DNA of 39,180 bases from a virus. Its lineage: Duplodnaviria > Caudoviricetes. The stretch lies in the IMG/VR virus record IMGVR_UViG_3300037313_000797, positions 1-39,180 of that record; one strand, 5' to 3'. The position numbers and the translations under genes were made by a program. The notes beneath the pieces were generated by a model that saw nothing but the letters and a program-made list of their open reading frames with translations, made no database searches and was not told the DNA's origin. Each line of letters begins with the position of its first letter. Positions within the stretch are counted from its first letter, which is position 1. Below, in pieces: positions 14,043 through 22,865 of this stretch.

Positions 14043-16075
14043 TAGCGTGGGCCCATGCAGATGACGTTGATCGGACCCATATCGCCAGAAGTTCCGGCCG
14101 TATCCCTACACCTGATCGAGTAGACAGTCGGAGACTGACCAGACGATTGAAGGTCAATTGTGCAGTATCCGCCGTTAACAACGGAGCTTCCCGCTAGGAA
14201 TGTGCACGAAGGCGTTGCGGAAAAGATATTTGAATTGATGTTGAGCACGTACTCGCCCGCGATAGAGTTTCCAGAGTAGCGAGTGACGCTTGAGAGCCAC
14301 GATCCAGATTGACGATAGATCGTGCAAGGGCTTGAGCTGCATACCGTACCTTCAGTCGCTCCTCCAAAAGTAGCCCTCTCAACCCGCTCCTGCCCGCTCG
14401 TATTGCTCGTGACTGAGCCCGTGAGATAAGGTGCTGCCATTGGGGCGTCGCCCTCGTCTACGGTCCAAACAATCCCTGCACTACCAGACGTTGATGGGAC
14501 TACAAGCCCGGTTTGATTAGACGAATTCGCTAGCTGTAGTTTGAAGGTTGTTGTTCCGGACGATGATGCGACATATTTTCCACAAATTGTTGTTGGAAAA
14601 AACATCGACGCTGCCGATGGATTGATCTCCAGCCCCGGGTTCATGATGGTGGAACCGGCCATCAGTCTTGCGGCGATGCGCTGTGTTCCAGTGTATGGCG
14701 TCTGCTGATACTGTGCGCAGACGTTGAACGTTCCTGATCTTGGAAGACTACAATCGATACCTGGCAATGAACCAGAGGTTTGAGCGCACGTGATGTTTCT
14801 GCTTGTGATTGGATTTAGTGTGATACCTGTGCAAGCACTCGTGTCTTGATAGGTCGTCGAGGAGGTTGCACATACCGATGAGCTTCCAGTCCACCCATTC
14901 TGATACCCACTCCAGCTCGCAGGAGTCTGATCGGGGCGGTAGCCGGTTTGGAGTTGAGCGGGATAGCACTCCAATGAAAACCAAGTACGGTTGTTTCCAG
15001 AAGAGTTATTGACCGTAACGCTTCCTGTGCTTGCAGACGCCTGAAGTTCGAAAGTCCGATCTCCAGCTGTCGTGTAATTAAACCATCCGACAGTGGTTTG
15101 AGCGCCGGCTGTTGTCGTGTTAGGAGACGATCCAGCACCACCTGAAGTTGTGGTTCCGTCGCTGATTCTAAAATCGATGACCCCAGTGCTACTGGTATCT
15201 ACCCGATGCTGAAAAGTTGCTTTGCAGTAACCTGGTGCAAGATTTGTTACTGTTACCTTCGGAAGGTCTGTGTCAGTCGTCTGAATAGTTCCTTGTCCGG
15301 GGTTGAATTCAACCGTCGGGCCGGGACATGCCGCTGTGGACGTGAAAGGTCCTATTGCTGTATTTGTGCGGCTCCAGCTGCAGCTTGCGGTCGTAGGGAA
15401 GTAGGCAGACCCGATGAACTGCGCCTGACTCACCTGAGCAAGATTGGTGGCGAGTCCCACATAACCCTTATCGATGGAGCCGATCGCGGTGCCAGATAAA
15501 TATGCCGCAGTAGAGTAGAGCGCAACGCCGACAGATCCAGAAGATGGAAAGACGAAGTTTGTTGAAGCCTTAACCCAGTTGCCGGTACCAGGGACGCTTA
15601 CGCACTGATTTGTGAGAGTCGTGCCCTGAACGCGTGGGCAGACCTGAAGAGTGGACCCAATAGTGTTCACATAAAGACTTGCTTCACCGTTGTTTCCGTA
15701 CAAAGCTGAACCAGGAGTCCAGTCTTGGTACCAAATAACCTGAGCACCGCCGGTATTGGCAGATGCAGTGAGAGCGAGTGATTGCTTTCCATCTACATAG
15801 CTTGAGGTGTTAACTGCAGACGAAACGTTTGATCCTGCGGTCCAGCCGGTAGCGGGCGCCACGTTTTCAAAGCTTGCGTTGATAAGTCCATTGGTGTTTC
15901 CGGTTTCGATCAGCGCCTTGATGCCGCCAAGATCTGTGAACTGGCTGAATGGCACCTGAAACGAGAACTTGGTTTTAGGAGCTGTGTCCGATTGGCCTTG
16001 GATTGTAGTTGGAGGAAGTCCTGCGTTTGCTGCAAAACTCCAAAGAAGTAAAATTGATGCTAGTTTCTTAATCAT
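14042..16075 (-). CDS. Tail-fibre/adhesin-like protein with signal peptide, CBM-like domain and Cys pairs
   Basis: ATGA-coupled start MIKKLASILLLWSFAANA; NASFE...GW...DGKQSL CBM4/9-like motif; Ser/Thr/Gly-rich; 18 Cys. Confidence 0.75.
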   Translation of the reverse strand: MIKKLASILLLWSFAANAGLPPTTIQGQSDTAPKTKFSFQVPFSQFTDLGGIKALIETGNTNGLINASFENVAPATGWTAGSNVSSAVNTSSYVDGKQSLALTASANTGGAQVIWYQDWTPGSALYGNNGEASLYVNTIGSTLQVCPRVQGTTLTNQCVSVPGTGNWVKASTNFVFPSSGSVGVALYSTAAYLSGTAIGSIDKGYVGLATNLAQVSQAQFIGSAYFPTTASCSWSRTNTAIGPFTSTAACPGPTVEFNPGQGTIQTTDTDLPKVTVTNLAPGYCKATFQHRVDTSSTGVIDFRISDGTTTSGGAGSSPNTTTAGAQTTVGWFNYTTAGDRTFELQASASTGSVTVNNSSGNNRTWFSLECYPAQLQTGYRPDQTPASWSGYQNGWTGSSSVCATSSTTYQDTSACTGITLNPITSRNITCAQTSGSLPGIDCSLPRSGTFNVCAQYQQTPYTGTQRIAARLMAGSTIMNPGLEINPSAASMFFPTTICGKYVASSSGTTTFKLQLANSSNQTGLVVPSTSGSAGIVWTVDEGDAPMAAPYLTGSVTSNTSGQERVERATFGGATEGTVCSSSPCTIYRQSGSWLSSVTRYSGNSIAGEYVLNINSNIFSATPSCTFLAGSSVVNGGYCTIDLQSSGQSPTVYSIRCRDTAGTSGDMGPINVICMGPR

Positions 16076-16953
16076 TGAGACACCCATTGAATATCGTAGT
16101 TTTGTGTGCCGCTTTCAGCGCAAATAGAGACGTTTGCGCCACAAGGAATGAAGCCAGTGTCACGTCCAGGCTGCAGCTGCTGGCCAAGTGTTGCCGATGA
16201 GGTTCTTCCAATTGACCATCGGATATTGGCAGTCGATGTATCTAAACACTGTAGGATAAAGCCTACAGCATTGGCTGGAGCCGACAGTGTTGCAACCGTT
16301 GAAACCGTTGCAGCTGCAGCAGATCCAGATCCGTTTGCATTTACTGCGGCTTTTGTTGGAACAGCGGATTGGTCAGAGGCCAACACTACAGGGGCTGATC
16401 CCGTCATGGCCTTTTGTCCAAGTGAGCCAAGTTTTCCATCGATCGATGAAAGAGATGTGTTGCCCGTCGTTTGAAGTGCAGACGTTGCGGCGCCAGTTGG
16501 AAGCGATACAGTGCCCGAGATGTTTGTGATGTTCCAGGTGCCGCCTTGGTTCGCAGTAACTGTTCCAGAAACTGGCTGTGTGGCTTGCCAGAATGTACCA
16601 GACACTGGCACGGCGCTTTGATCTGAGGCGATCGTAACTGCCATGGAAGATGCCATGACCTTTTGGCCAAGGGTTGCTGGAAGTTTTGCAGATGCTGCGG
16701 CAAGTGTGGTTTCAGTTGCAGCTCCACTTGGAAGTGGGAGTGATGCAACCGATACAGGCTGTGTGGCTTGCCAGAAAGTGCCCGTGACTGGAACCGATCC
16801 TGAGATGCTTACAGGTTGAGTAACTGCGGATCCATCAACTTTTAGAGCGCCAGCACCATTGCTATTGAGTGGATTTCCTGAAGTGTCATTGATCTGAACC
16901 GCACCGCCTGCGCCACCGCCGCCACTTGGAGGATAGTTTTGAAATGTTGCCAT
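16072..16953 (-). CDS. Repeat-rich fibre/spike protein
   Basis: Repeats of GTFWQATQPVS, LPxGAAT and LGQKxMxxSxxVxxASDQSAVP. Confidence 0.75.
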   Translation of the reverse strand: MATFQNYPPSGGGGAGGAVQINDTSGNPLNSNGAGALKVDGSAVTQPVSISGSVPVTGTFWQATQPVSVASLPLPSGAATETTLAAASAKLPATLGQKVMASSMAVTIASDQSAVPVSGTFWQATQPVSGTVTANQGGTWNITNISGTVSLPTGAATSALQTTGNTSLSSIDGKLGSLGQKAMTGSAPVVLASDQSAVPTKAAVNANGSGSAAAATVSTVATLSAPANAVGFILQCLDTSTANIRWSIGRTSSATLGQQLQPGRDTGFIPCGANVSICAESGTQNYDIQWVSQ

Positions 16954-16956
16954 TGC

Positions 16957-17328
16957 TTAGCTCCTTTTAGCTGCGATCCAAATGTCGCAAGTGCCGCCGC
17001 CCGATACGGCAACGTAAGAGATTCTGATTTCAGAGATTCCAGTCTGTCCCACGTCCCAGCCAATAGGAGCGCCCGAAGCGGGAGCCGATTGTCCCGTGCC
17101 TAAGCGCATCCACTCAGTCGATGGGCCTACAAGATTTGAGGAGGAGGAAGACGAGAGGGAAGTGCGTCCTTCAAGATAGAAGGTTCCTGATGGCGTACCA
17201 GTGAGCACATTGATTGAGAGTGCCACGCGGTCCATGTTCTGAATGTTTGTGCTCTTACTTGAGAAGCTTGTGCTCATATCCTGTGCGGATGCGAGCTTGT
17301 ACGGCGCTATAATGTCCTTATTTGCCAT
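16957..17328 (-). CDS. Small beta-sandwich virion protein
   Basis: Strong SD; GTFYLEG...EW...IRISY...GGG. Confidence 0.7.
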   Translation of the reverse strand: MANKDIIAPYKLASAQDMSTSFSSKSTNIQNMDRVALSINVLTGTPSGTFYLEGRTSLSSSSSSNLVGPSTEWMRLGTGQSAPASGAPIGWDVGQTGISEIRISYVAVSGGGTCDIWIAAKRS

Positions 17329-17384
17329 CTGATTCCCCCTTCCTTGTGGGAACGTCTGAACCGATATGTCTAGTTCAGGCTAGT

Positions 17385-20231
17385 TTATGCATTCTCCCTT
17401 TGTGAGTTTGATTGCATTGCAGTCAGCATCCTGCTTCCTGCGTTCAGTCCTTTTAGTCCGCCTTGCGTTACTTTTCCTTGCGTCTGAGCGTCCGCTTTTG
17501 CCTGCTGGACACCCATCGTCTGCATAGCCATCTGATTGGTTTGAACGTTCTGAGTATTAAGAGAGCCATCGAGATCTTGTCCTAAGAAGAGTGAGAGCGA
17601 TTGACGCTTTTTATAAGGCATCTCAAAAGAGGGCTTTGCCATGTGATCCATGAGAGATTCCATGACGGTTGATTTCATCTCTGAAAAAAGAGTCGGATAA
17701 ACCGTTTGGAGCGTCTCCATGTGCTCAGGAGTTAAGGTTCCTGCTGCCACATGCTTTAGAACATCAGTTGGGTTTTCAACTGTCTGATAGTAGAGGTTAA
17801 ACTTTGATAGATCAGCCTGTGATGGTGGGAGTTTCCGACTCATCGGGCCTGCTTGCTGCTCTTTAGGTGCTTTACTGGATAGAAACTGAGTCGCGCGGAT
17901 CGCTGTTTGTTGAATTGCGCCCGCAGTCTTTGGAGCAATGGTGTAAAGAGAGCGCGTTCTCTCATCTAAGTGATCAATGAAGTGCGATGGATCAGAGTTA
18001 AGCTTATCTATCTTATTGATGAGATCCTTTTGATCGTCATGCTTTCCAGCAGCGATGCCCAAGAATGCAGACGCCGGAAGTGCGGCTTTTCCGCTCGCCT
18101 TAAAGATCGCCTTCGCACCTGAGACAATCGTTTGCGTCTGCTTCTGTGCGGTTCTCTCAATCTGAGCAAGGCCCGCAACTTTTGCGGCACCTTCTGGATC
18201 AAGGCGTCCTGTAGCTTTAACAAACTTCTCAAGACCAAAGTCACGCGCATTGGCAATAATTGCGCCGGTTGGTGACTCAAAGAAAGCTCTGAACGCGGAG
18301 GCGTGAGCAGTGCCGGATGGATTGATGTTTTTTGGAAGAGAATTAATCCAAGTCTCAGCAGCATGAAGCTTATCAAGCTCTTCTGGCTTAAACATAATGC
18401 GCTTAAGCTCAGGACTCATGTCATTCACTTGCTTAAACACTTTGGATGGCATGAGCTGGCCATCTTTCATGGCGTTTTTGATGATCTCGCCACGCTGATA
18501 GCGCATGAGAAACTCAGTCTCTTCAGGGAAGTTCTTTTGAAAGAACTTGAGGAATTCAGAATTATCCTTGGCAAACGCCTTCTTTAAGAACTTCTCAGGC
18601 GTCATCTCGTCGATGTGATCTAAGAAATTCTGTGCGCCTTTGAAATTCTTCTTTCCAAGGGCTTTACCAAGCTCTTCCATCTTACCCGCAAAAGCCTTGT
18701 ATCCCTCTTTGGCGGCATCCATCTGATCAAGCAGACCCATGATCTTCTCTTTGGCTTGAGAAGTTTTCATGGTTTCAGCAAAGCGACGGATTGCACGCTC
18801 TTCAACGCCGTTGAGCTTATCATTGATGGCGCGAGCCAAGTCTTTTGCTTCCATCGGAGCAGACTTTGAGACTTCAGTTCTAAAATTCTTAAGCCACGCC
18901 AAGTCTTTGACCTGATCGATGCTATCAGCGACTTGCTTCACGTAGTTATAACGAGACGTGCCTTCAATTAGGCGCTGCTCTTCGATGATCTTATTGATGT
19001 TGCGAGAAAGTGCGCCAGTAGATCTATCGGTGAGTGGGATGGCCTCTTGATAAGGCTCAACTTCTTTGTAAAGTTCTTTCAGCGGCGCATATTCTTGCTC
19101 AATCTTGTCAGCAACTGACTTTTTAAGAAGATCGCCAGCCTCAGCAGCAGAAAGGGCTGACTCTTGTCCCACGGCATCGCCCACGGCACGCTCAGCGGCT
19201 TGATAGCCGTCTCTCAGCATCGCTTGTCTGCGCATGCTTGCCATCGTAGGAGGACCGTTTAAGAGTGCCGAGTCTGCTTTTTGGACAAGATCGCTTGCCG
19301 ATGTTTGGCTCTCAAGAACTGGAGCGCCGATCTTCTCAGCTGCGGCCTTAATCTCAGATGCGTTCTCTTTTTGTTTTCCAAGTCCTGAGAGTACGCCTTC
19401 TTTTTCGGCCTGACTCATCTCAGACGCATTCACTGATGCCTTAAAATCACCAGCTTCAAGCGCAGCCTTCTCAGTAGGTGCTAAAAACTTAGGAAGATAT
19501 TTTTCTGTGGCACCTGAATAAGCGCCAACAACGCCGCCAAGTCCTGCGCCAAGGCCGCCAAACATGAGCGAGTTGTAGCCGATGTGAGACATGAGCTTAT
19601 CGCCCAAGGCTTCTGGATTACCCATGGCGTCTTCATTGACAGCTTGTCCTAAGCCGTAAGCCGCACCTTCAACGGCAGAGCCCGCGCCTGTGGCAATCGC
19701 CTTAGATACAATCTTGTTTACAATCGGAGACGTTTCAGGGTTTGCGATGAGCTTTGCTGCGCCTTCGGCAACGGGCGCTGCTGCTTCGCTTACAGCTTGG
19801 CCTGCTTTGGATACTGCTTTAACTGGATTTGCAGCCTCGCCAAAGAGTCCAGCGCCTTCAACCTCTGGAGCCATGAGTGGGCCAATAATGCCAACGGCTG
19901 GGCCTACGATATCGCTTGCAACCGGGTTATATTTTGCGCGTTTTGCTTGAGCTTCAGGAGTTGTGAGCCCTGATGCATTCTCAAGCTCGCGAGAGAGTCC
20001 AAACGTTGCAGTTCCTAATGCTGACTCAGCTCCAGCCTTAAGCGGGTTAGCAAGTCCCTCGCCATAGGTCTTTTGATCGGATAGCTCCTGAAGTTCCGCA
20101 GCCGTTGCAGGACGGTATGCGCCCGCCTGGATCGCTTGGCGTGCGGTCGTAACATCCATCAGCTGGACATTACCGTCTGAGTCTACAACGTGAACTTCGT
20201 TTGGAAGCTGAGGCGTTTGGTTATCGGCCAT
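17385..20231 (-). CDS. Large internal virion/ejection protein
   Basis: 948 aa, helical, Gly/Ala-rich segments; third of three genes after the nozzle. Confidence 0.7.
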   Translation of the reverse strand: MADNQTPQLPNEVHVVDSDGNVQLMDVTTARQAIQAGAYRPATAAELQELSDQKTYGEGLANPLKAGAESALGTATFGLSRELENASGLTTPEAQAKRAKYNPVASDIVGPAVGIIGPLMAPEVEGAGLFGEAANPVKAVSKAGQAVSEAAAPVAEGAAKLIANPETSPIVNKIVSKAIATGAGSAVEGAAYGLGQAVNEDAMGNPEALGDKLMSHIGYNSLMFGGLGAGLGGVVGAYSGATEKYLPKFLAPTEKAALEAGDFKASVNASEMSQAEKEGVLSGLGKQKENASEIKAAAEKIGAPVLESQTSASDLVQKADSALLNGPPTMASMRRQAMLRDGYQAAERAVGDAVGQESALSAAEAGDLLKKSVADKIEQEYAPLKELYKEVEPYQEAIPLTDRSTGALSRNINKIIEEQRLIEGTSRYNYVKQVADSIDQVKDLAWLKNFRTEVSKSAPMEAKDLARAINDKLNGVEERAIRRFAETMKTSQAKEKIMGLLDQMDAAKEGYKAFAGKMEELGKALGKKNFKGAQNFLDHIDEMTPEKFLKKAFAKDNSEFLKFFQKNFPEETEFLMRYQRGEIIKNAMKDGQLMPSKVFKQVNDMSPELKRIMFKPEELDKLHAAETWINSLPKNINPSGTAHASAFRAFFESPTGAIIANARDFGLEKFVKATGRLDPEGAAKVAGLAQIERTAQKQTQTIVSGAKAIFKASGKAALPASAFLGIAAGKHDDQKDLINKIDKLNSDPSHFIDHLDERTRSLYTIAPKTAGAIQQTAIRATQFLSSKAPKEQQAGPMSRKLPPSQADLSKFNLYYQTVENPTDVLKHVAAGTLTPEHMETLQTVYPTLFSEMKSTVMESLMDHMAKPSFEMPYKKRQSLSLFLGQDLDGSLNTQNVQTNQMAMQTMGVQQAKADAQTQGKVTQGGLKGLNAGSRMLTAMQSNSQRENA

Positions 20232-22035
20232 TCACGTTCCCCAAGTAGGTGCCGCCAAAGTCTGCAGTGCCCTTGTATCCGATCAGATTTTTGCTGCGTT
20301 CATTCTCTAGCTTCGTTTTCATGGCTCTGATAGTGTCGTAAGTTGCGCCATTTCCAGAGAACATGCTCTTGAGCGAGGCAGGATTATTGAACTGCTTGGC
20401 TAGCGTCTTCTCGTCCATGTCTGTGAAGCGCGTGTAGCCATTGAATTCATTCATGGCCATGGCAATTCTTGCCATTGCGCCTTCAGCTCTCTGCTCTTCT
20501 TTGCTGCCAGGGATTAATGCAGCTTTTCCAAGCCCACTCAAAAGAGTGATATCCTCCATGATGGGCTTATACATCGACTCCATCTTGCGGAGATGTTCTG
20601 CGCCTTCTTTGGATGCAGCTTGATAAGCACGACCTTCAACTGGCACTCGCGTTTCGCGATATTTTGGGTCCAGAAGAAGCGCAGGCGGTTCTTTGCCGAT
20701 CTGGACTCCACCTTGACCGTTACCGCCACCATAAACGCCTGCTTGCATTTGCATCATGGCCAGTTGGTGCTTTTGCTGAGCCATCTGCATTTGAAGTTGG
20801 CCTTGAAGGATCTGCGCGTTTGATTTTGCTTGAAGAGATCCGGTGGATGCTTTGATGCTCTCAAGTTGAGCATTGAGCGAGGTATTCATTTGAAGGCGCG
20901 TAGCTTCTTCGGCCATCTGGGCGTTCTTGTATTTTTCCATGTTCATTTGGAACAGGGATCTATCGCCGTCTTTATTGGCTTTTTGAGCTTCAAGGTCTTG
21001 ATCCATCTTCTTTTGAAGAAGTTGCAAGGCCCCGCTTTGTTGGCCTGTGATTCCAGAGCCTATGCCGGATAAGAAGAGTCCAAGACCCGCCATGACTTTG
21101 TTCCCAGTCGATGCGTTTTTCCACACACGATTTGGATCAATCTTGTTTGAGGCAAAGCTATCCATGAGCTTTTGCTGCTCTTCGTCGATGGATTTCAATC
21201 GCTCTTGGTACATTTGCTCATGCTGCTGAACTTGCTCCGCGTAAGCATCATAGGCTTGTTTGGATTGATCTCCCGCTTGCATTGCAGCAGCAGCATTGCC
21301 CTTGATGCCAGCCATTTGTAGGCCGTAGGCGTTCTGCATGTCCTTTGGTAGCTGAATACCTTGAGGCTGAGCGGCTGGTGCAGCGGACGCGGGTGACGGT
21401 CCACCGTTTGCGCCAGACAGTGCCTGATGCTCAGCCGCGGCTTGCGCTTGTGAATCAGTAAGCGCATTGAGCGCGTTTGGATTTGGAGGGGTTGCAGCTT
21501 GTGCGGATGGCATTGGATTTCCTGCAATGCCGCTCACAAAACCTGTCGCCGCATCTTTTGCGCCGTTTACAATTGGAGCCCCAATCGATTTGAAAGCGTT
21601 CGCGGCATCCGTAAAGCCTTGCCCAATAGTGCTCCCAATGGAATGGGCCGCGTCTCCAATGAATGAGGCTGGGGATCTGCTTGCTAGAATCGCGGCGTTC
21701 TGATCATTGATGATCTGCTCATCCGATCTTCCATGGCCAGCGTATCGGATTGGAGGATTTCCGTTCAGATCTTTTAAATTTGGATCTGCTGGGTCTCCTT
21801 GATTTGCAGCGGGCTTCTCACCAGGAAAAGAGCTTGAGCCAATGATTGCCTGCAAAGGATCGATTGCAGACTCAGGCACGACGCCGCCATCAGCCATCTT
21901 CACAGGCTGCATGGCCTTAATCTTTGCGATCACCTTTTTATCTAATCCAGCCTTTGCGACCTGAAAATGCTTGCCGCTTGGATGCTTGACTGTGAACGCG
22001 TGCTCATCTTCCTTGATAAGCTGAAAGTCACTCAT
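20221..22035 (-). CDS. Internal virion/ejection protein
   Basis: 604 aa, Gln/Ala-rich, MADGGVV motif, hydrophobic GLGLFLSGIG segment. Confidence 0.7.
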   Translation of the reverse strand: MSDFQLIKEDEHAFTVKHPSGKHFQVAKAGLDKKVIAKIKAMQPVKMADGGVVPESAIDPLQAIIGSSSFPGEKPAANQGDPADPNLKDLNGNPPIRYAGHGRSDEQIINDQNAAILASRSPASFIGDAAHSIGSTIGQGFTDAANAFKSIGAPIVNGAKDAATGFVSGIAGNPMPSAQAATPPNPNALNALTDSQAQAAAEHQALSGANGGPSPASAAPAAQPQGIQLPKDMQNAYGLQMAGIKGNAAAAMQAGDQSKQAYDAYAEQVQQHEQMYQERLKSIDEEQQKLMDSFASNKIDPNRVWKNASTGNKVMAGLGLFLSGIGSGITGQQSGALQLLQKKMDQDLEAQKANKDGDRSLFQMNMEKYKNAQMAEEATRLQMNTSLNAQLESIKASTGSLQAKSNAQILQGQLQMQMAQQKHQLAMMQMQAGVYGGGNGQGGVQIGKEPPALLLDPKYRETRVPVEGRAYQAASKEGAEHLRKMESMYKPIMEDITLLSGLGKAALIPGSKEEQRAEGAMARIAMAMNEFNGYTRFTDMDEKTLAKQFNNPASLKSMFSGNGATYDTIRAMKTKLENERSKNLIGYKGTADFGGTYLGNVNGR

Positions 22036-22856
22036 TTCTTTGCGCCTTTCTTCTTTTCTAGTGCGGCGATAGCATCACCCAGTTTCCTGTGGGCTTCAAG
22101 TACAGAGCGATAAGATCCTTTTTCTTCTACAGGTGAGGACTTCTCACTCATCAAATGATCAATAAATTCTTTGGCCATCTGTGGATCAGAAGCCGCAGAA
22201 CGAGGAATCACGATCTCACCAGGCGACAACATGGCAGGAACGGTGTCATTCTTTGCCGAGTCACCGGAAACCGCCGGGCGGCCTGGAACGGTTCCACCGC
22301 GAGAAAGAAGCGCCATTGCAGCAGTGCCTGCGCCGTTGAGGAAGCTTCCACCTTGTTTTGCAGCGTTCGCAGCGTTTCCAGAGGCAACATCCGCGTTGAT
22401 CTTTTGAGCACCTAGGTTTGCGCCAGTGATCTGGCCTTGTTGGGAGAGCTGCTGATTGCCCATGGTGCCATACAAGTTTTGGAGCTGGTTTTGGGCTGCA
22501 AGTTGTTGTTGAGCCTGCATCACTGCTGAATTCTGGGCTGCAGTTCCTTGCATCTGAGCGGCATTCTGGGACGCCATTCGTGCCGCAAGCGCTGGATTGA
22601 GTCCGCGCTGAGAGGCCAGAAGTCCTGCGTTGTTCTGAATCGCGCTCTCTGCGTTTTGCTGATACTGAAGCTGCGCAGGATTTGGACCTTGGCCTTGGCT
22701 CTGCGCAAGGAGCATGTTGGCAAGCCCTTGTTGCTGGCCAAAGATCTGACCTGAGTTTGCTAAGGCTTGGGTCAGTGCATCTTGTGAATAGGGGTTATTG
22801 ACATGATAGTCACTATTTCCGCCTACGATATCGCCCATGAAGCTTCCAATGCTCAT
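22032..22856 (-). CDS. Internal virion/ejection (pilot-like) protein
   Basis: Gln/Ala/Asn-rich; GGTVPG...NDTVPAMLSPGEIVIP motif. Confidence 0.7.
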   Translation of the reverse strand: MSIGSFMGDIVGGNSDYHVNNPYSQDALTQALANSGQIFGQQQGLANMLLAQSQGQGPNPAQLQYQQNAESAIQNNAGLLASQRGLNPALAARMASQNAAQMQGTAAQNSAVMQAQQQLAAQNQLQNLYGTMGNQQLSQQGQITGANLGAQKINADVASGNAANAAKQGGSFLNGAGTAAMALLSRGGTVPGRPAVSGDSAKNDTVPAMLSPGEIVIPRSAASDPQMAKEFIDHLMSEKSSPVEEKGSYRSVLEAHRKLGDAIAALEKKKGAKK

Positions 22857-22865
22857 AAACCCTCC

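Noticed and set aside
14042-16953. Diversity-generating retroelement or invertible fibre cassette
   Set aside because: No reverse transcriptase, template/variable repeat pair or flanking inverted sites found
17356-17378. Terminator after the large ejection gene
   Set aside because: Only a 6-bp stem with an 11-nt loop and no U-tract
17385-20231. Tape-measure protein (long tail)
   Set aside because: No tail tube, sheath or chaperone genes; synteny fits podovirus ejection proteins
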